DNA from: Candidatus Omnitrophota bacterium | GTDB lineage: Bacteria > Omnitrophota > Gorgyraeia > Gygaellales > JAQTUX01 | Direction of reading: 5' to 3' | Assembly (NCBI GenBank): GCA_028707125.1 | Contig: JAQTUX010000001.1 | Span: 977,493-1,041,492, forward strand | Length of the DNA stretch: 64,000 nucleotides | Shown here: piece after piece, positions 48,288 to 58,504 of the stretch | Numbering within the stretch: position 1 is the stretch's first letter | How the letters are laid out: each line of letters begins with the position of its first letter | Made by a program: the position numbers and the translations under genes | The notes under the pieces: model-generated | The model's database searches: none | Told to the model about the DNA's origin: nothing | Seen by the model: the letters and a program-made list of their open reading frames with translations, nothing else

Positions 48288-48562
48288 TGCAGCCGGCAGC
48301 CCAGTCAGCAGGATTGATCAATTTCATACCTTTAATTTTGATATTTCTGGTTTTCTATTTTCTGCTTATCAAGCCGCAGAAACAAAAGGAAAAGGAACAC
48401 CAGAAGATGATACACGGCCTGGAAAGGAATAACGAGGTGGTCACGACAGGCGGTGTTCACGGGACCATAGTCGGCGTCAAAGAGAAAACATTCATACTCA
48501 GGGTGGATGAAAACGTAAAGATCGAAATAGAAAAATCGGCTGTGGCATCCCTGTTGAAATAA
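48287..48562 (+). CDS. yajC: Preprotein translocase subunit YajC
   Basis: Single TM then ...GGVHGTIVGVKEKTFILRVDENVKIEIEKSAV, the YajC family, in the expected position before secDF. Confidence 0.8.
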   Translation: MQPAAQSAGLINFIPLILIFLVFYFLLIKPQKQKEKEHQKMIHGLERNNEVVTTGGVHGTIVGVKEKTFILRVDENVKIEIEKSAVASLLK

Positions 48563-48579
48563 CATCAAAAGGCGCGGAT

Positions 48580-50787
48580 ATGAAAAATAAACTTTTATTC
48601 AGAAGCGTACTGATAATCGCGGTCCTGATCATCTCGCTGTATTATACATTCCCGCTTGGCAAAAGGATCAATCTCGGCCTTGACTTAAAGGGCGGGATGC
48701 ACCTTGTCCTGCAGGTCGATACGTCAAAGTTAAGCGATAAGGAGAAATATGACGCGGTTGACCGCGCCATTGAGGTAGTCAGGAACAGGATAGACCAATT
48801 CGGCGTGAGCGAACCGGTTATCCAGCGGCAGGGAGAAAACGGCATCGTAGTCCAGCTTCCCGGCGTAACAGACAGGAAAAGAGCCATAGATCTGATCGGT
48901 AAGACGGCCCTGCTTGAGTTTAAGCTCGTATCGCAGGATCCCGAGGCGCTGAAGCAGGCGGTAGAAGGCAATGTAGCTCCGGAATATGAACTGAAATACA
49001 TCAAGGAAGATTCGCGATCAGAACCGCTTTTACTGCATAAGGAGGCGGTCATTATGGGAGATGCCTTGACAACGGCATCGGCGGCATTTGATTCCAGCCG
49101 TTTTGGCGAGCCCATAGTCAGGATCGCCTTTAATCCCGAAGGGGCAAAGAAATTCGCCCAGATCACAAAGGACAACGTAGGCAGGCAGCTGGCAATAGTG
49201 CTTGACGGCAATGTCCAGTCGGCGCCGCGCATAAACGAACCTATCCCCTCCGGCGAGGCGGTCATAAGCGGCAGATTTAACGTTGAAAAGGCGCAGGACC
49301 TGGCAATAGTGCTTCGCGTCGGCGCCTTGCCCGCGCCGATGCGTATAGAGGAAGAGCGCACCATAGGGCCGCTTCTGGGGCAGGATTCCGTCAAGAGCGG
49401 AATAAAGGCGAGCGCGATAGGCGGATCCATTGTGCTCGCGTTTATGATAGTATATTATTTGCTCTCCGGCCTGGTTGCTTCCATTGCCTTGATCTTCAAT
49501 CTTTTTATCATACTCGGCACGCTTGGCCTGCTTCCTGTCATCTTGAGCAATTTCTCAGCCACGCTTACGCTTCCCGGCATAGCCGGTATAGTACTCACCC
49601 TGGGTATGGCGGTAGATGCTAATGTGCTTATAAATGAAAGAATAAGAGAGGAATTGAGGTCGGGCAAATCCCTGAGGTCATCCATATCCTCCGGGTATGG
49701 CAAGGCATTCAGCGCTATTCTTGATTCCAATATAACCACGCTGATAGCGGCATTCTTTCTATTCCAGTTCGGCACAGGCCCTATAAGAGGATTCGCGGTA
49801 ACGCTTACCATAGGCCTTATGGCAAGCATGTTTACCGCTATAGTGGTGACCAGGCACATCTTTGAACTGCTGCTTTTAAGCCCGAAATTCACATCCTTGC
49901 GCATGCTTAACTTCGCCAGAGACACAAAGATCGATTTTATCGCGAAGCGAAAGATTTGCTACGTTGTCTCCGCCATAGTAATAACCGCGGGACTGGTCAG
50001 CTTCGCGATAAAGGGCAAGGACGCCTACGGAATAGATTTTTCAGAGGGCCAGATCCAGGAATACGCCTTCAAAGAGCCGATAGCGATGGAGGACTTGAGG
50101 TCCGCCCTGATATCTTCGGGGCTGCAGGACGCGTCTATCCAGAAATTCAAAGATAACCCCAAAGTGGTTATGATACGCACAAAAACAGACACCTCCGAAG
50201 CCGTATCAGAAATATTCGGCAGGAAATTCCCCGCGAACACTTTTGAGATCATGCGCATTGAAAATGTCGGCCCTTCCGTGGGAAAACAGCTGAGAGGCAG
50301 GGCGATCTGGGCGATACTATGGGCTATGGCCGGCATACTGGTTTATGTAGGCATCAGGTTCAAGCATTTTGACTTTGCGATCGCGGGAGTCATCGCCTTG
50401 CTCCACGATGTCTTTGTCGCCATGGGCGTTCTCCTGCTTACCGGCAGGCAGATAGACCTTTTGATCGTCACGGCCCTGCTTACCATTGCCGGTTATTCCA
50501 TAAATGATACGATAGTGATCTACGACAGGGTCAGGGAAAACGCGCGCATGTTGCGCAAATACACGCTTCGCGATCTGATAAACTTAAGCGTCAACCAGAC
50601 GATGAGCCGTACCATACTTACTTCGCTGCTGACCTTATTCGTTGTCCTGGCGCTGTTTCTCTACGGCGGGGAGGTCCTGCACAGCTTTTCCTTTGTCTTG
50701 ATCGTCGGCTTTATATCGGGGGTATATTCTACGGTTTTTATCGCGTCGGCGCTTGTGCTTGCCTGGAACAGAAGAAAGACCCTTTGA
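48580..50787 (+). CDS. secDF: Fused protein translocase subunit SecDF
   Basis: 735 aa with 12 TM segments, a periplasmic P1 domain, and SecD and SecF RND-like halves in one ORF. Confidence 0.9.
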   Translation: MKNKLLFRSVLIIAVLIISLYYTFPLGKRINLGLDLKGGMHLVLQVDTSKLSDKEKYDAVDRAIEVVRNRIDQFGVSEPVIQRQGENGIVVQLPGVTDRKRAIDLIGKTALLEFKLVSQDPEALKQAVEGNVAPEYELKYIKEDSRSEPLLLHKEAVIMGDALTTASAAFDSSRFGEPIVRIAFNPEGAKKFAQITKDNVGRQLAIVLDGNVQSAPRINEPIPSGEAVISGRFNVEKAQDLAIVLRVGALPAPMRIEEERTIGPLLGQDSVKSGIKASAIGGSIVLAFMIVYYLLSGLVASIALIFNLFIILGTLGLLPVILSNFSATLTLPGIAGIVLTLGMAVDANVLINERIREELRSGKSLRSSISSGYGKAFSAILDSNITTLIAAFFLFQFGTGPIRGFAVTLTIGLMASMFTAIVVTRHIFELLLLSPKFTSLRMLNFARDTKIDFIAKRKICYVVSAIVITAGLVSFAIKGKDAYGIDFSEGQIQEYAFKEPIAMEDLRSALISSGLQDASIQKFKDNPKVVMIRTKTDTSEAVSEIFGRKFPANTFEIMRIENVGPSVGKQLRGRAIWAILWAMAGILVYVGIRFKHFDFAIAGVIALLHDVFVAMGVLLLTGRQIDLLIVTALLTIAGYSINDTIVIYDRVRENARMLRKYTLRDLINLSVNQTMSRTILTSLLTLFVVLALFLYGGEVLHSFSFVLIVGFISGVYSTVFIASALVLAWNRRKTL

Positions 50788-50799
50788 TACCCACCCGTT

Positions 50800-52686
50800 A
50801 TGTTCAAATCTCTCAAGTTCCACAAAGGCCAGGAGATTGAAACTCAGGCGATCTCAGGGCAGCTGGTTGATTTCGGGTATAAGCGCCGGCAGTCCGTAGA
50901 TGAAGAAGGCGACTTCTCCATACGCGGCCACATCATAGACCTGTTCCCCATTACATTTGAACTGCCCGTAAGGATCGAGCTGGAGATAAATACGATCAGC
51001 AAGATCTATACTTACGCCGTATCAACCGGAGAGAATATATATGAACACGATATCATAGTAGTCCTTCCCCGTAAATCAGAACGCAAAGCCAACATAAACA
51101 TATTCAGCGAAGATTTTCCTTCTTCTAATTTCGTAGATCTAAGCGTGGGGGATTACGCCGTCCACGTGAGGCACGGCATCGGTATATTCAAAGGCAAAGA
51201 AAAGATCAAGGCCGCGGAAGGGCGCGAGGAACACCTGGTGATAGAATATGAAAATAAAGAGCGCTTGTTTGTCCCCATGCAGGAAGCGCACCTTGTGCAG
51301 AAATACCTTGCCTTCGGTTCAAGAAGGCCCAGGTTAAACCGGCTCGGCTCAAAGGAATGGCTCAGGATCAAACAAAGGGCCGGCAAAGGCATACAGAAAT
51401 ACGCGCTGGACCTGCTTCATCTTGAGTCCATGAGGCAGCTGCTTAAGGGATTTAAGTTCTCGCGAGATACCGACTGGCAGGAACGGTTTGAGAAGACATT
51501 CCCTTTTGAAGATACGCCTGACCAGATAACCGCGGCTGCCGAGACAAAGAAAGATATGGAGTCGGAGAAGCCGATGGACCGGCTCATATGCGGAGAGGTC
51601 GGCTATGGCAAAACAGAAGTGGCGATGCGCGCCGCCTTCAAGGCGGTTATGGACAATAAGCAGGTGGCGATGCTTGTGCCTACGACCATACTTGCCGAAC
51701 AGCACTATTATAACTTCTGCTCACGCCTCAAAGAATTCCCCATAAGAGTTGAGATGCTCAGCCGCTTTAAGACCGGCTCCCAGCAGCGCGGCATAACAGA
51801 GGGCCTGAAAGACGGCTCTGTTGATATAGTGGTAGGAACGCACCGGCTCCTGGGAGACGATATACATTTCAGGGATTTGGGGCTGGTCATAATTGATGAA
51901 GAACAGCGTTTTGGCGTAAAGGCAAAAGAAAAGCTTAAGACATTGCGCCTTTCGGTAGATGTGTTGACCCTTACGGCAACTCCCATACCGCGCACGCTTT
52001 ATATGAGCCTTATGGGGGCCAAGGATATGTCACAGGTTAATACCCCGCCAAAAAACCGTATCCCTGTGGCGACATATGTGGTAGAATATGATGAAAATCT
52101 GATAAGACAGGCGGTATTGAGGGAGAAAAAACGCAAAGGCCAGGCCTATTTTGTGCATAATCAGGTCTATGACATAGAGCGCACCTTGGAGAGAATAAAG
52201 GCAATACTACCCGGCAGCATAAAGGCTGCTTATGCTCACGGCCAGATGCCCCCGAAAATACTTGAAAAGGTAATGCTTGATTTCATAAAAGGCGGTATAG
52301 ACGTGCTCGTATGCACCTCTATTATTGAATCGGGCATTGATATCCCCAACGTAAACACTATAATTATAGACAATGCCGAGGCGTTCGGACTGGCAGACCT
52401 GCATCAGCTTCGCGGCAGGGTAGGCAGGTTTAACAGGCGCGCCTACGCTTACCTTCTGGTCTCCAGGGCGGCGTCTTTAAGCGGCGAGTCAAAAAAGCGC
52501 CTCGCGGCGATAGAACAATATTCTCATCTCGGTTCAGGGTTCAGCATCGCCATGGAAGACCTTGAGATCAGGGGCGCGGGCAATATCCTGGGCACCGAGC
52601 AGCATGGTTTTATAATGGCGGTCGGCTTTGACCTTTATTGCCGCCTGTTAAGGCAGGCAGTCGCGAATTATAAGCAGATAACGTAA
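50800..52686 (+). CDS. mfd: Mfd-like transcription-repair coupling helicase, short form (D3-D6 only; lacks the UvrB-homology N-terminus and the D7 C-terminus)
   Basis: GDFSIRGHIIDLFP...VRIELEINTI (D3-like); GDYAVHVRHGIGIF (RNAP-interacting D4, cf. E. coli GDYVVHLEHGVGRY); DRLICGEVGYGKTEVA (Walker A); DEEQRFGV; QLRGRVGR. It ends ~20 aa after motif VI, and secDF abuts upstream, leaving no room for D1-D2. Confidence 0.7.
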   Translation: MFKSLKFHKGQEIETQAISGQLVDFGYKRRQSVDEEGDFSIRGHIIDLFPITFELPVRIELEINTISKIYTYAVSTGENIYEHDIIVVLPRKSERKANINIFSEDFPSSNFVDLSVGDYAVHVRHGIGIFKGKEKIKAAEGREEHLVIEYENKERLFVPMQEAHLVQKYLAFGSRRPRLNRLGSKEWLRIKQRAGKGIQKYALDLLHLESMRQLLKGFKFSRDTDWQERFEKTFPFEDTPDQITAAAETKKDMESEKPMDRLICGEVGYGKTEVAMRAAFKAVMDNKQVAMLVPTTILAEQHYYNFCSRLKEFPIRVEMLSRFKTGSQQRGITEGLKDGSVDIVVGTHRLLGDDIHFRDLGLVIIDEEQRFGVKAKEKLKTLRLSVDVLTLTATPIPRTLYMSLMGAKDMSQVNTPPKNRIPVATYVVEYDENLIRQAVLREKKRKGQAYFVHNQVYDIERTLERIKAILPGSIKAAYAHGQMPPKILEKVMLDFIKGGIDVLVCTSIIESGIDIPNVNTIIIDNAEAFGLADLHQLRGRVGRFNRRAYAYLLVSRAASLSGESKKRLAAIEQYSHLGSGFSIAMEDLEIRGAGNILGTEQHGFIMAVGFDLYCRLLRQAVANYKQIT

Positions 52687-52705
52687 AATTAAACACATTG
52701 TCATA

Positions 52706-53602
52706 ATGTATAACAAAACTGTATTTCTAATCTTAAGTTTTATCTTACTGACCTCTCCCGTATTCGCTGAGAGGATAGTGGCTATCGTAAACGATGATAT
52801 CGTGACCGAGTCGGAATTAGAGGGCTTCATTCAATTTACTGAGCTTGAATTGTCCTCGCGCTATGAGGGAAAAGGCCTGGAGGAACAAATGGCGCTTGTG
52901 CGCAAGGACGCGCTCAATACGATAATTGAGAACAAGCTCATACTCCAGCAGGCAAAGAAAGAAGGCGCCCAGGTTACAAAGCGCGCGCTTGACAAACGCG
53001 TGGAAGAGATAAAAAAGAGGTATCCGTCTGAAGAGCTCTTCAGGATGTATCTGATCCAGCGCGGGCTGACGCAGTCGGATATTGAAGAGAGGATAACGGC
53101 TCAGATGCTTATAAAGGGCTTTATGGAAATGAAATTTGAGTCAAACGTGCACGTTTCTCCCGCGGAGATAACGCGTTATTATAAAGAGCACGGCGATGAA
53201 ATAAAGAAGCCGCAAATGAGAAAGGTCTCGGCGCTGGCCATCAAAGACAAAGACGCGCTTTACGGCGCCCTTAACAGGATAAGAACAGGCGGCGGCTTTA
53301 AAGAGGCTGCCGATGGCGAAACGGCAAGCTTTATAGATATGGGTATTGTGAGCGAAAAAACGTTAAGAAAAGAATTCGACGAGCTGGTTTTCAGGCCCGC
53401 CTCACCGGGTATTACCGATCATATTGAAGTCGACGGCGTATATTACGTATTCAAAATAGATGAGATCATGCCTGAAGAGCGGCTGGCCCTGGATGAGGCG
53501 CAGCCGCAGATAAAGGCGATCATTTCGTATAACAAGGTCACCAATAAGATCAAATCCTGGTTGAAAGAAGTCAAGGAAAGATCGTATATCGCGATCAAAT
53601 GA
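52706..53602 (+). CDS. surA: SurA-like periplasmic chaperone (SurA N-domain plus a degenerate parvulin-like domain)
   Basis: Signal peptide MYNKTVFLILSFILLTSPVFA, a SurA_N-type helical domain and a C-terminal rotamase-like region; the classic mfd/surA-pdxA-ksgA neighbourhood. Confidence 0.7.
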   Translation: MYNKTVFLILSFILLTSPVFAERIVAIVNDDIVTESELEGFIQFTELELSSRYEGKGLEEQMALVRKDALNTIIENKLILQQAKKEGAQVTKRALDKRVEEIKKRYPSEELFRMYLIQRGLTQSDIEERITAQMLIKGFMEMKFESNVHVSPAEITRYYKEHGDEIKKPQMRKVSALAIKDKDALYGALNRIRTGGGFKEAADGETASFIDMGIVSEKTLRKEFDELVFRPASPGITDHIEVDGVYYVFKIDEIMPEERLALDEAQPQIKAIISYNKVTNKIKSWLKEVKERSYIAIK

Positions 53603-53614
53603 GGAGGTGAGAGA

Positions 53615-53773
53615 ATGAGCTGGAAATTATTCTGGCAGATAGTGTTGTTGATAGTGATAGCGGCGGTAGTCGCGTCTGCTGCCAAGGTCGGTATGCTGCG
53701 CTGCAAGTATATGGGCGGGTCTATGCAAATGAAGATGATGCAGGGCGGGCGCCATATGATGCCGCCTAAATAG
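53615..53773 (+). CDS. Small 52-aa membrane protein with a Met-rich C-terminus
   Basis: Strong RBS GAGGAGGTGAGAG; MSWKLFWQIVLLIVIAAVVASAAKVGMLRCKYMGGSMQMKMMQGGRHMMPPK; fills the surA-pdxA gap exactly. Confidence 0.4.
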   Translation: MSWKLFWQIVLLIVIAAVVASAAKVGMLRCKYMGGSMQMKMMQGGRHMMPPK

Positions 53774-53775
53774 AC

Positions 53776-54735
53776 ATGAGGATCAAAGTCGGTATCACGA
53801 TCGGTGATCCTTCGGGTATAGGGCCCGAAGTAACGGTAAAGGCGTTGTCATCTTCTTCAATAGATAACTCCGCTGATTTTACGATCATAGGAGACAAACA
53901 CGCCTTTACGCGCGCGGCAGGAAGGTCAACGCTCATAGAGCGCGGCAACGTTGATTTTATTGATTTAAGGAACCTGAACCGGAAAAATTTCGCTTTCGGC
54001 AAGGTGAGCGCGGAATACGGCCGCGCCTCAGTTGAGTATATCAATACCGCCGCGGATCTCATAAAAGCGGGCGCTATTGACTGCCTTGTAACCGCTCCTG
54101 TCAGCAAGGAAACTATTAACAAAGCAGGTTATAGATTCCAGGGCCACACAGAATACCTCGCGGGGCTTTTTGGGGTGAAAAAATTTCTTATGATGCTTAC
54201 CGCGGGGCCTCTACGCATAGGCCTGGTAAGCCGTCATATCCCCCTAAAGCAGGTAGCGCATAAGATCAGCAGGCAAGATGTAATAGATACAATCCTGTTT
54301 ACCCACCGGGCGCTTAAGCAACTGTTCGGTATTAAGAGTCCTGCAATCTTTGTCTGCGGCCTTAACCCGCACGCCTCTGACGCCGGCCTCATCGGCAAAG
54401 AAGAAATTACCGTTATAGAGCCGGCGGTAAAAGCCGCGTCAAAAATGGCAAAAGGCCTGAAAGGCCCGCTTCCGGCTGACAGCGCCGTGCTTCTGGCAAG
54501 CAGGACAAAGGGAAGCGGCCTGGTGGCGATGTATCACGACCAGGCATTGATACCGCTTAAGCTTATAGGCGAGAATAAAGGCGTTAATCTGACCGTGGGC
54601 CTGCCTTTTGTCAGGACGTCTCCGCTTCACGGCACCGGCTTTGATATCGCGGGAAAAAACAGGGCCGATGCCTCCTCAATGATCGAAGCCGTAAAAACCG
54701 CCATCAAATGCGCGCGTATCCTAAAAAGAGGTTAG
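53776..54735 (+). CDS. pdxA: 4-hydroxythreonine-4-phosphate dehydrogenase
   Basis: MRIKVGITIGDPSGIGPEV..., plus HTEYLAG and the HDQAL/H-x-GT metal ligands. Confidence 0.9.
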   Translation: MRIKVGITIGDPSGIGPEVTVKALSSSSIDNSADFTIIGDKHAFTRAAGRSTLIERGNVDFIDLRNLNRKNFAFGKVSAEYGRASVEYINTAADLIKAGAIDCLVTAPVSKETINKAGYRFQGHTEYLAGLFGVKKFLMMLTAGPLRIGLVSRHIPLKQVAHKISRQDVIDTILFTHRALKQLFGIKSPAIFVCGLNPHASDAGLIGKEEITVIEPAVKAASKMAKGLKGPLPADSAVLLASRTKGSGLVAMYHDQALIPLKLIGENKGVNLTVGLPFVRTSPLHGTGFDIAGKNRADASSMIEAVKTAIKCARILKRG

Positions 54736-55520
54736 GCCAGAATTTCCTGGTTGAGAAGAATATCAGGAAAAAGATACTGGATATCTGTTCTTTTAAGCAG
54801 GGCGATACCGTATTGGAGATCGGCGCGGGCAGGGGAGAGATGACCTGTCTGATCGCGCCGCTGGTAAAACGGCTGATCGCCGTAGAGTTTGACAGAGATC
54901 TATGCGAAGGCCTGAAACCACGGCTGAAAGAATTCGGCAATGTTGAATTGATATGCGGCGATATCTTAAAAGTAAATATCGCCGGCCTGGGTAAGGGTAA
55001 ACGCATAAAAGTATTCGGCAACATACCCTATTATCTCACCACCCCCATCATAATCCACCTTGTCAAACACAAGAAGCATATCAGTAATGTCTATTTGACC
55101 GTGCAAAAGGAATTCGCGCGGCGCATAGTCGCAAAACCCGGCTCAAAAGATTACAGCTCATTCAGTATTTACTGCGGTTATTACCTGATGCCGCGTCTTG
55201 ACTTTGTTATCTCCAGGGGGTGTTTCTACCCTGTCCCTAAAGTAGATTCGGCGTTTTTGAATATTGAAGTAAGGAGAAGGCCTCCTTGCATAGCCGGCAA
55301 TGAGGAGTTTTTCTTTAAAATTGTCAGAGCCGCCTTTAACCAGCGCAGGAAAACCCTGAAAAACTCCCTCAAGAAGATCATCGATCCCGTGGAACTATCT
55401 TCAATTCTGGCAAAACGCGGCCTGAGGCCGGATATAAGAGCCGAGAAGTTAAGCATAGACGATTTCGCCTATATAAGCAGGAAATTTTTGACCCAGAAAA
55501 AAGATATACGAATATGTTGA
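54708..55520 (+). CDS. rsmA: 16S rRNA (adenine1518/1519-N6)-dimethyltransferase RsmA/KsgA
   Basis: KKRLGQNFLVEKNI....VLEIGAGRGEMT...NIPY are KsgA motifs. Confidence 0.9.
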   Translation: MRAYPKKRLGQNFLVEKNIRKKILDICSFKQGDTVLEIGAGRGEMTCLIAPLVKRLIAVEFDRDLCEGLKPRLKEFGNVELICGDILKVNIAGLGKGKRIKVFGNIPYYLTTPIIIHLVKHKKHISNVYLTVQKEFARRIVAKPGSKDYSSFSIYCGYYLMPRLDFVISRGCFYPVPKVDSAFLNIEVRRRPPCIAGNEEFFFKIVRAAFNQRRKTLKNSLKKIIDPVELSSILAKRGLRPDIRAEKLSIDDFAYISRKFLTQKKDIRIC

Positions 55521-55545
55521 CAACCTGCCATAAATCGTATATAAT
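55517..55545 (+). promoter_or_regulatory. Candidate sigma-70 promoter for the IMPDH-like/guaA pair
   Basis: TTGACA (overlapping the rsmA stop), a 17-nt spacer, then TATAAT (55540-45). Confidence 0.45.
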
Positions 55546-55605
55546 TTCTCATCGGTAATTCCGGTATTTTTTCACATAAATATCTGCAAACAAAGGGGTT
55601 AACAA

Positions 55606-56766
55606 ATGGGCGAGTGGATTGGCATTAACAAGCGGGCAAGGAAATGTTACGGGTTTGATGATGTGGCGCTGGTGCCGGGCATGGTTACGGTCAACCCGAA
55701 TGAGGTAGACGCGTCTCTTAAGATCGCCGGAAAGACATATAAGATCCCGATCATGGCGGCGGCAATGGACGGCGTGGTTGATGTGAAATTCGCGGTTGAA
55801 ATGTCGCGGCTGGGCGGCCTGGCCGTCCTTAATCTTGACGGCGTGCAGACCCGCTATGAGAAGCCCGATGAGATCTTAAATAAGATCGCCAAGGCCTCCG
55901 TTGAAGAGGCGACGCATCTTGTCCAGAGTTTATATCTTGAGCCGGTAAAAGAAAAACTCATAGGCGAGCGCGTTAAAGACATAAAAAAGCAGAAAGGCAC
56001 GGCCCTGGTAAGCTGCATACCCGCTAACGCGGAGCGTTTCGCGAAGATCGCGCAGGAGGCGGGCGCGGATTTCTTTGTGGTCCAATCCACAGTTACGAGC
56101 ACGCGGCATATGGCCAGGGAATACAAGGCGCTTGACCTGCATAAGTTCTGTAAAGAAACGAAGATCCCCGTCATTATCGGCAACTGCGTAACATACGAGG
56201 TAACATTAGAGCTGCTTGAGACCGGCGCTGCCGGCCTGCTTGTAGGCATAGGGCCGGGCGCTGCCTGCACCACAAGAGGCGTGTTAGGCATAGGCGTGCC
56301 TCAGGTAACTGCCACGTTAGATTGCGCCGCCGCGAGGGATTTCCATTATAAGAGGACAGGCAATTATATACCTGTTATTACTGACGGCGGAATGAGGATA
56401 GGCGGAGAGATCTGCAAGGCGTTTGCCGCCGGAGCCGACGCCGTGATGGTAGGGTCGGCGTTTGCCAAGGCAAAAGAGGCGCCGGGCAGGGGCTTCCACT
56501 GGGGCATGGCAACTTCAAACGTGAACCTGCCGCGCGGTACCCGCGTAAAAGTAGGGACCACCGGAACACTTGAAGAGATACTGTTCGGACCTGCCAAGGT
56601 TGATGACGGCTCACAAAACCTGATGGGAGCGCTTAAGACATCAATGGGTTCGTTAGGGGCCGCCAGCGTAAAACAGATGCACGACGTAGAGATCATAATC
56701 GCGCCTTCCATACAGACGGAAGGAAAGATATTTCAGGTAGGCCAGAGAGTGGGGATGGGCAAATGA
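55606..56766 (+). CDS. IMP dehydrogenase / GMP reductase family protein lacking the CBS subdomain
   Basis: FDDVALVPG..., [11 protein letters not shown], catalytic-loop [18 protein letters not shown], and the flap region MGSLGAASV; 386 aa versus ~490 for canonical GuaB; adjacent to guaA. Confidence 0.7.
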   Translation: MGEWIGINKRARKCYGFDDVALVPGMVTVNPNEVDASLKIAGKTYKIPIMAAAMDGVVDVKFAVEMSRLGGLAVLNLDGVQTRYEKPDEILNKIAKASVEEATHLVQSLYLEPVKEKLIGERVKDIKKQKGTALVSCIPANAERFAKIAQEAGADFFVVQSTVTSTRHMAREYKALDLHKFCKETKIPVIIGNCVTYEVTLELLETGAAGLLVGIGPGAACTTRGVLGIGVPQVTATLDCAAARDFHYKRTGNYIPVITDGGMRIGGEICKAFAAGADAVMVGSAFAKAKEAPGRGFHWGMATSNVNLPRGTRVKVGTTGTLEEILFGPAKVDDGSQNLMGALKTSMGSLGAASVKQMHDVEIIIAPSIQTEGKIFQVGQRVGMGK

Positions 56767-58379
56767 AAAAGAAAATAAAATCCAACCGGCTGAAAATGAT
56801 AAAACGTTATGCCAGAAGCAAGCCGTCCATTCCGGTAAAGCAGATGCGGCCGATACTTGTCCTGGATTTCGGCTCTCAATACACACAGTTGATCGCCCGG
56901 CGGATACGCGAGAACAGGGTATTCAGCAGGATAATCCCTTATAATACACCCGCGGAGGAAATCAAAAAGCTTAACCCATACGGCCTGATTCTTTCAGGAG
57001 GCCCCGCTTCGGTCTACGAAAAGGATGTCCCGCTTCCAGATAAAAAGATATTTCAGTTAGGCATACCTGTTCTGGGCATATGCTACGGCATGCAGGCGAT
57101 CGCGCGCATCCTGGGCGGCAAGGTAAAAAGCGCGACCAACAGGGAATACGGCAAGGCGGAGTTGTTCATAGACAGCATGAAGGACCTGTTTTACGAAATG
57201 CCGGGCAATCTCAGCTGCTGGATGAGCCACGGCGACCTGCTCACGAAACTGCCTCCCGGTTTTGTCAGTATCGCGCATACGATGAATTCCCGGGTAGCCG
57301 CCATAGCCAACAGGCAGAGGAAGATCTACGGCGTGCAGTTTCACCCGGAAGTCATGCATACCCAGAAGGGCGCGGAGATCCTGGGGAATTTTGTTTATAA
57401 GATCTGCGGCGGCCGCACAAACTGGATCATCGGCTCGTTTATAAAGCGCGCGGTGGAAGACATAAAAGCGGCCGTGGGAAAGAAAAAGGCGGTGCTGGGC
57501 TTAAGCGGCGGCGTGGATTCTTCGGTTGCCGCGGTGCTTGTGCACCGCGCTATAGGAAAAAATTTGAAGTGTATCTTCATAGACAACGGCCTGCTGCGCA
57601 AGGATGAGCCGCAGCAGGTAAAAAAGACCTTCAAGGAAAACTTCAAGATGAACGTAAGCTTTATAGACGCGTCCAGGCGCTTCCTTGATAAATTAAAGGG
57701 AGTGGTTGACCCGGAAGAAAAACGCAAGATCATAGGCAATGAATTCATAAAGGTATTTGAACATGAGGCGGCAAGGGCCAAACATGTTGAGTTTTTCGCT
57801 CAAGGCACGATCTATCCTGACGTAATAGAATCACGGTCCGCCTTTGGCGGCCCGTCCGCGAGAATAAAGACGCACCACAACGTAGGCGGGCTTCCGGAAC
57901 ACATGAAGCTGAAACTCGTTGAGCCGCTGAAGGACCTGTTCAAGGATGAGGTGCGGCAATTAGGCAGGGAATTAGGCATACCCGACCCCATCCTTCAAAG
58001 ACAGCCGTTCCCGGGGCCCGGGATGGCGGTAAGGGTCATCGGCGAGGTAACCGCGGACAGGATAAGGATCCTGCAGGAGGTAGACCGGCGCCTGCTTGAA
58101 GAAATAAGGGCGGCCGGGCTGTACGAACAAATATGGCAGTCCTTCGCGGTGCTTTTGCCGATAAAGAGCGTCGGCGTCATGGGCGATCAGCGTTCCTATG
58201 AGAACGTGGTCGCCATACGCTGCGTCACAAGCAACGACGGAATGACCGCGGACTGGGTGCCTTTGCCTTACGAGCTGCTCGGAAAGATATCCAACCGCAT
58301 CATCAATGAAGTAAAGGGCGTGAACCGGGTAGTGTACGACATTTCCTCAAAGCCTCCGGCTACGATTGAGTGGGAATAA
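56763..58379 (+). CDS. guaA: GMP synthase (glutamine-hydrolysing)
   Basis: GATase ([20 protein letters not shown]...GICYGMQ), a PP-loop SGGVDSSV, and a C-terminal dimerisation domain ending IEWE. Confidence 0.9.
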   Translation: MKKKIKSNRLKMIKRYARSKPSIPVKQMRPILVLDFGSQYTQLIARRIRENRVFSRIIPYNTPAEEIKKLNPYGLILSGGPASVYEKDVPLPDKKIFQLGIPVLGICYGMQAIARILGGKVKSATNREYGKAELFIDSMKDLFYEMPGNLSCWMSHGDLLTKLPPGFVSIAHTMNSRVAAIANRQRKIYGVQFHPEVMHTQKGAEILGNFVYKICGGRTNWIIGSFIKRAVEDIKAAVGKKKAVLGLSGGVDSSVAAVLVHRAIGKNLKCIFIDNGLLRKDEPQQVKKTFKENFKMNVSFIDASRRFLDKLKGVVDPEEKRKIIGNEFIKVFEHEAARAKHVEFFAQGTIYPDVIESRSAFGGPSARIKTHHNVGGLPEHMKLKLVEPLKDLFKDEVRQLGRELGIPDPILQRQPFPGPGMAVRVIGEVTADRIRILQEVDRRLLEEIRAAGLYEQIWQSFAVLLPIKSVGVMGDQRSYENVVAIRCVTSNDGMTADWVPLPYELLGKISNRIINEVKGVNRVVYDISSKPPATIEWE

Positions 58380-58382
58380 ATA

Positions 58383-58496
58383 AGCGTAAAACGTAAAGCG
58401 AAAAGCGCAAAACTAAAGTGTAAAACTTAAAACTAACAAACAAAAACTTTAAACTTTACGTTTTGGTTTTACGCTTTGCGCTTTACACTTTTCGCT
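58383..58496. repeat. Family-A intergenic palindromic repeat, copy 3 (guaA-dnaE gap)
   Basis: agcgtaaaacgtaaagcgaaaagcgcaaaactaaagtgtaaaacttaaaactaacaaacaaaaactttaaactttacgttttggttttacgctttgcgctttacacttttcgct. Confidence 0.85.
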
Positions 58497-58504
58497 AATC
58501 AATA

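Noticed and set aside
57080-57400. ORF 57080..57400 (+), 106 aa
   Set aside because: Alternative frame within guaA.
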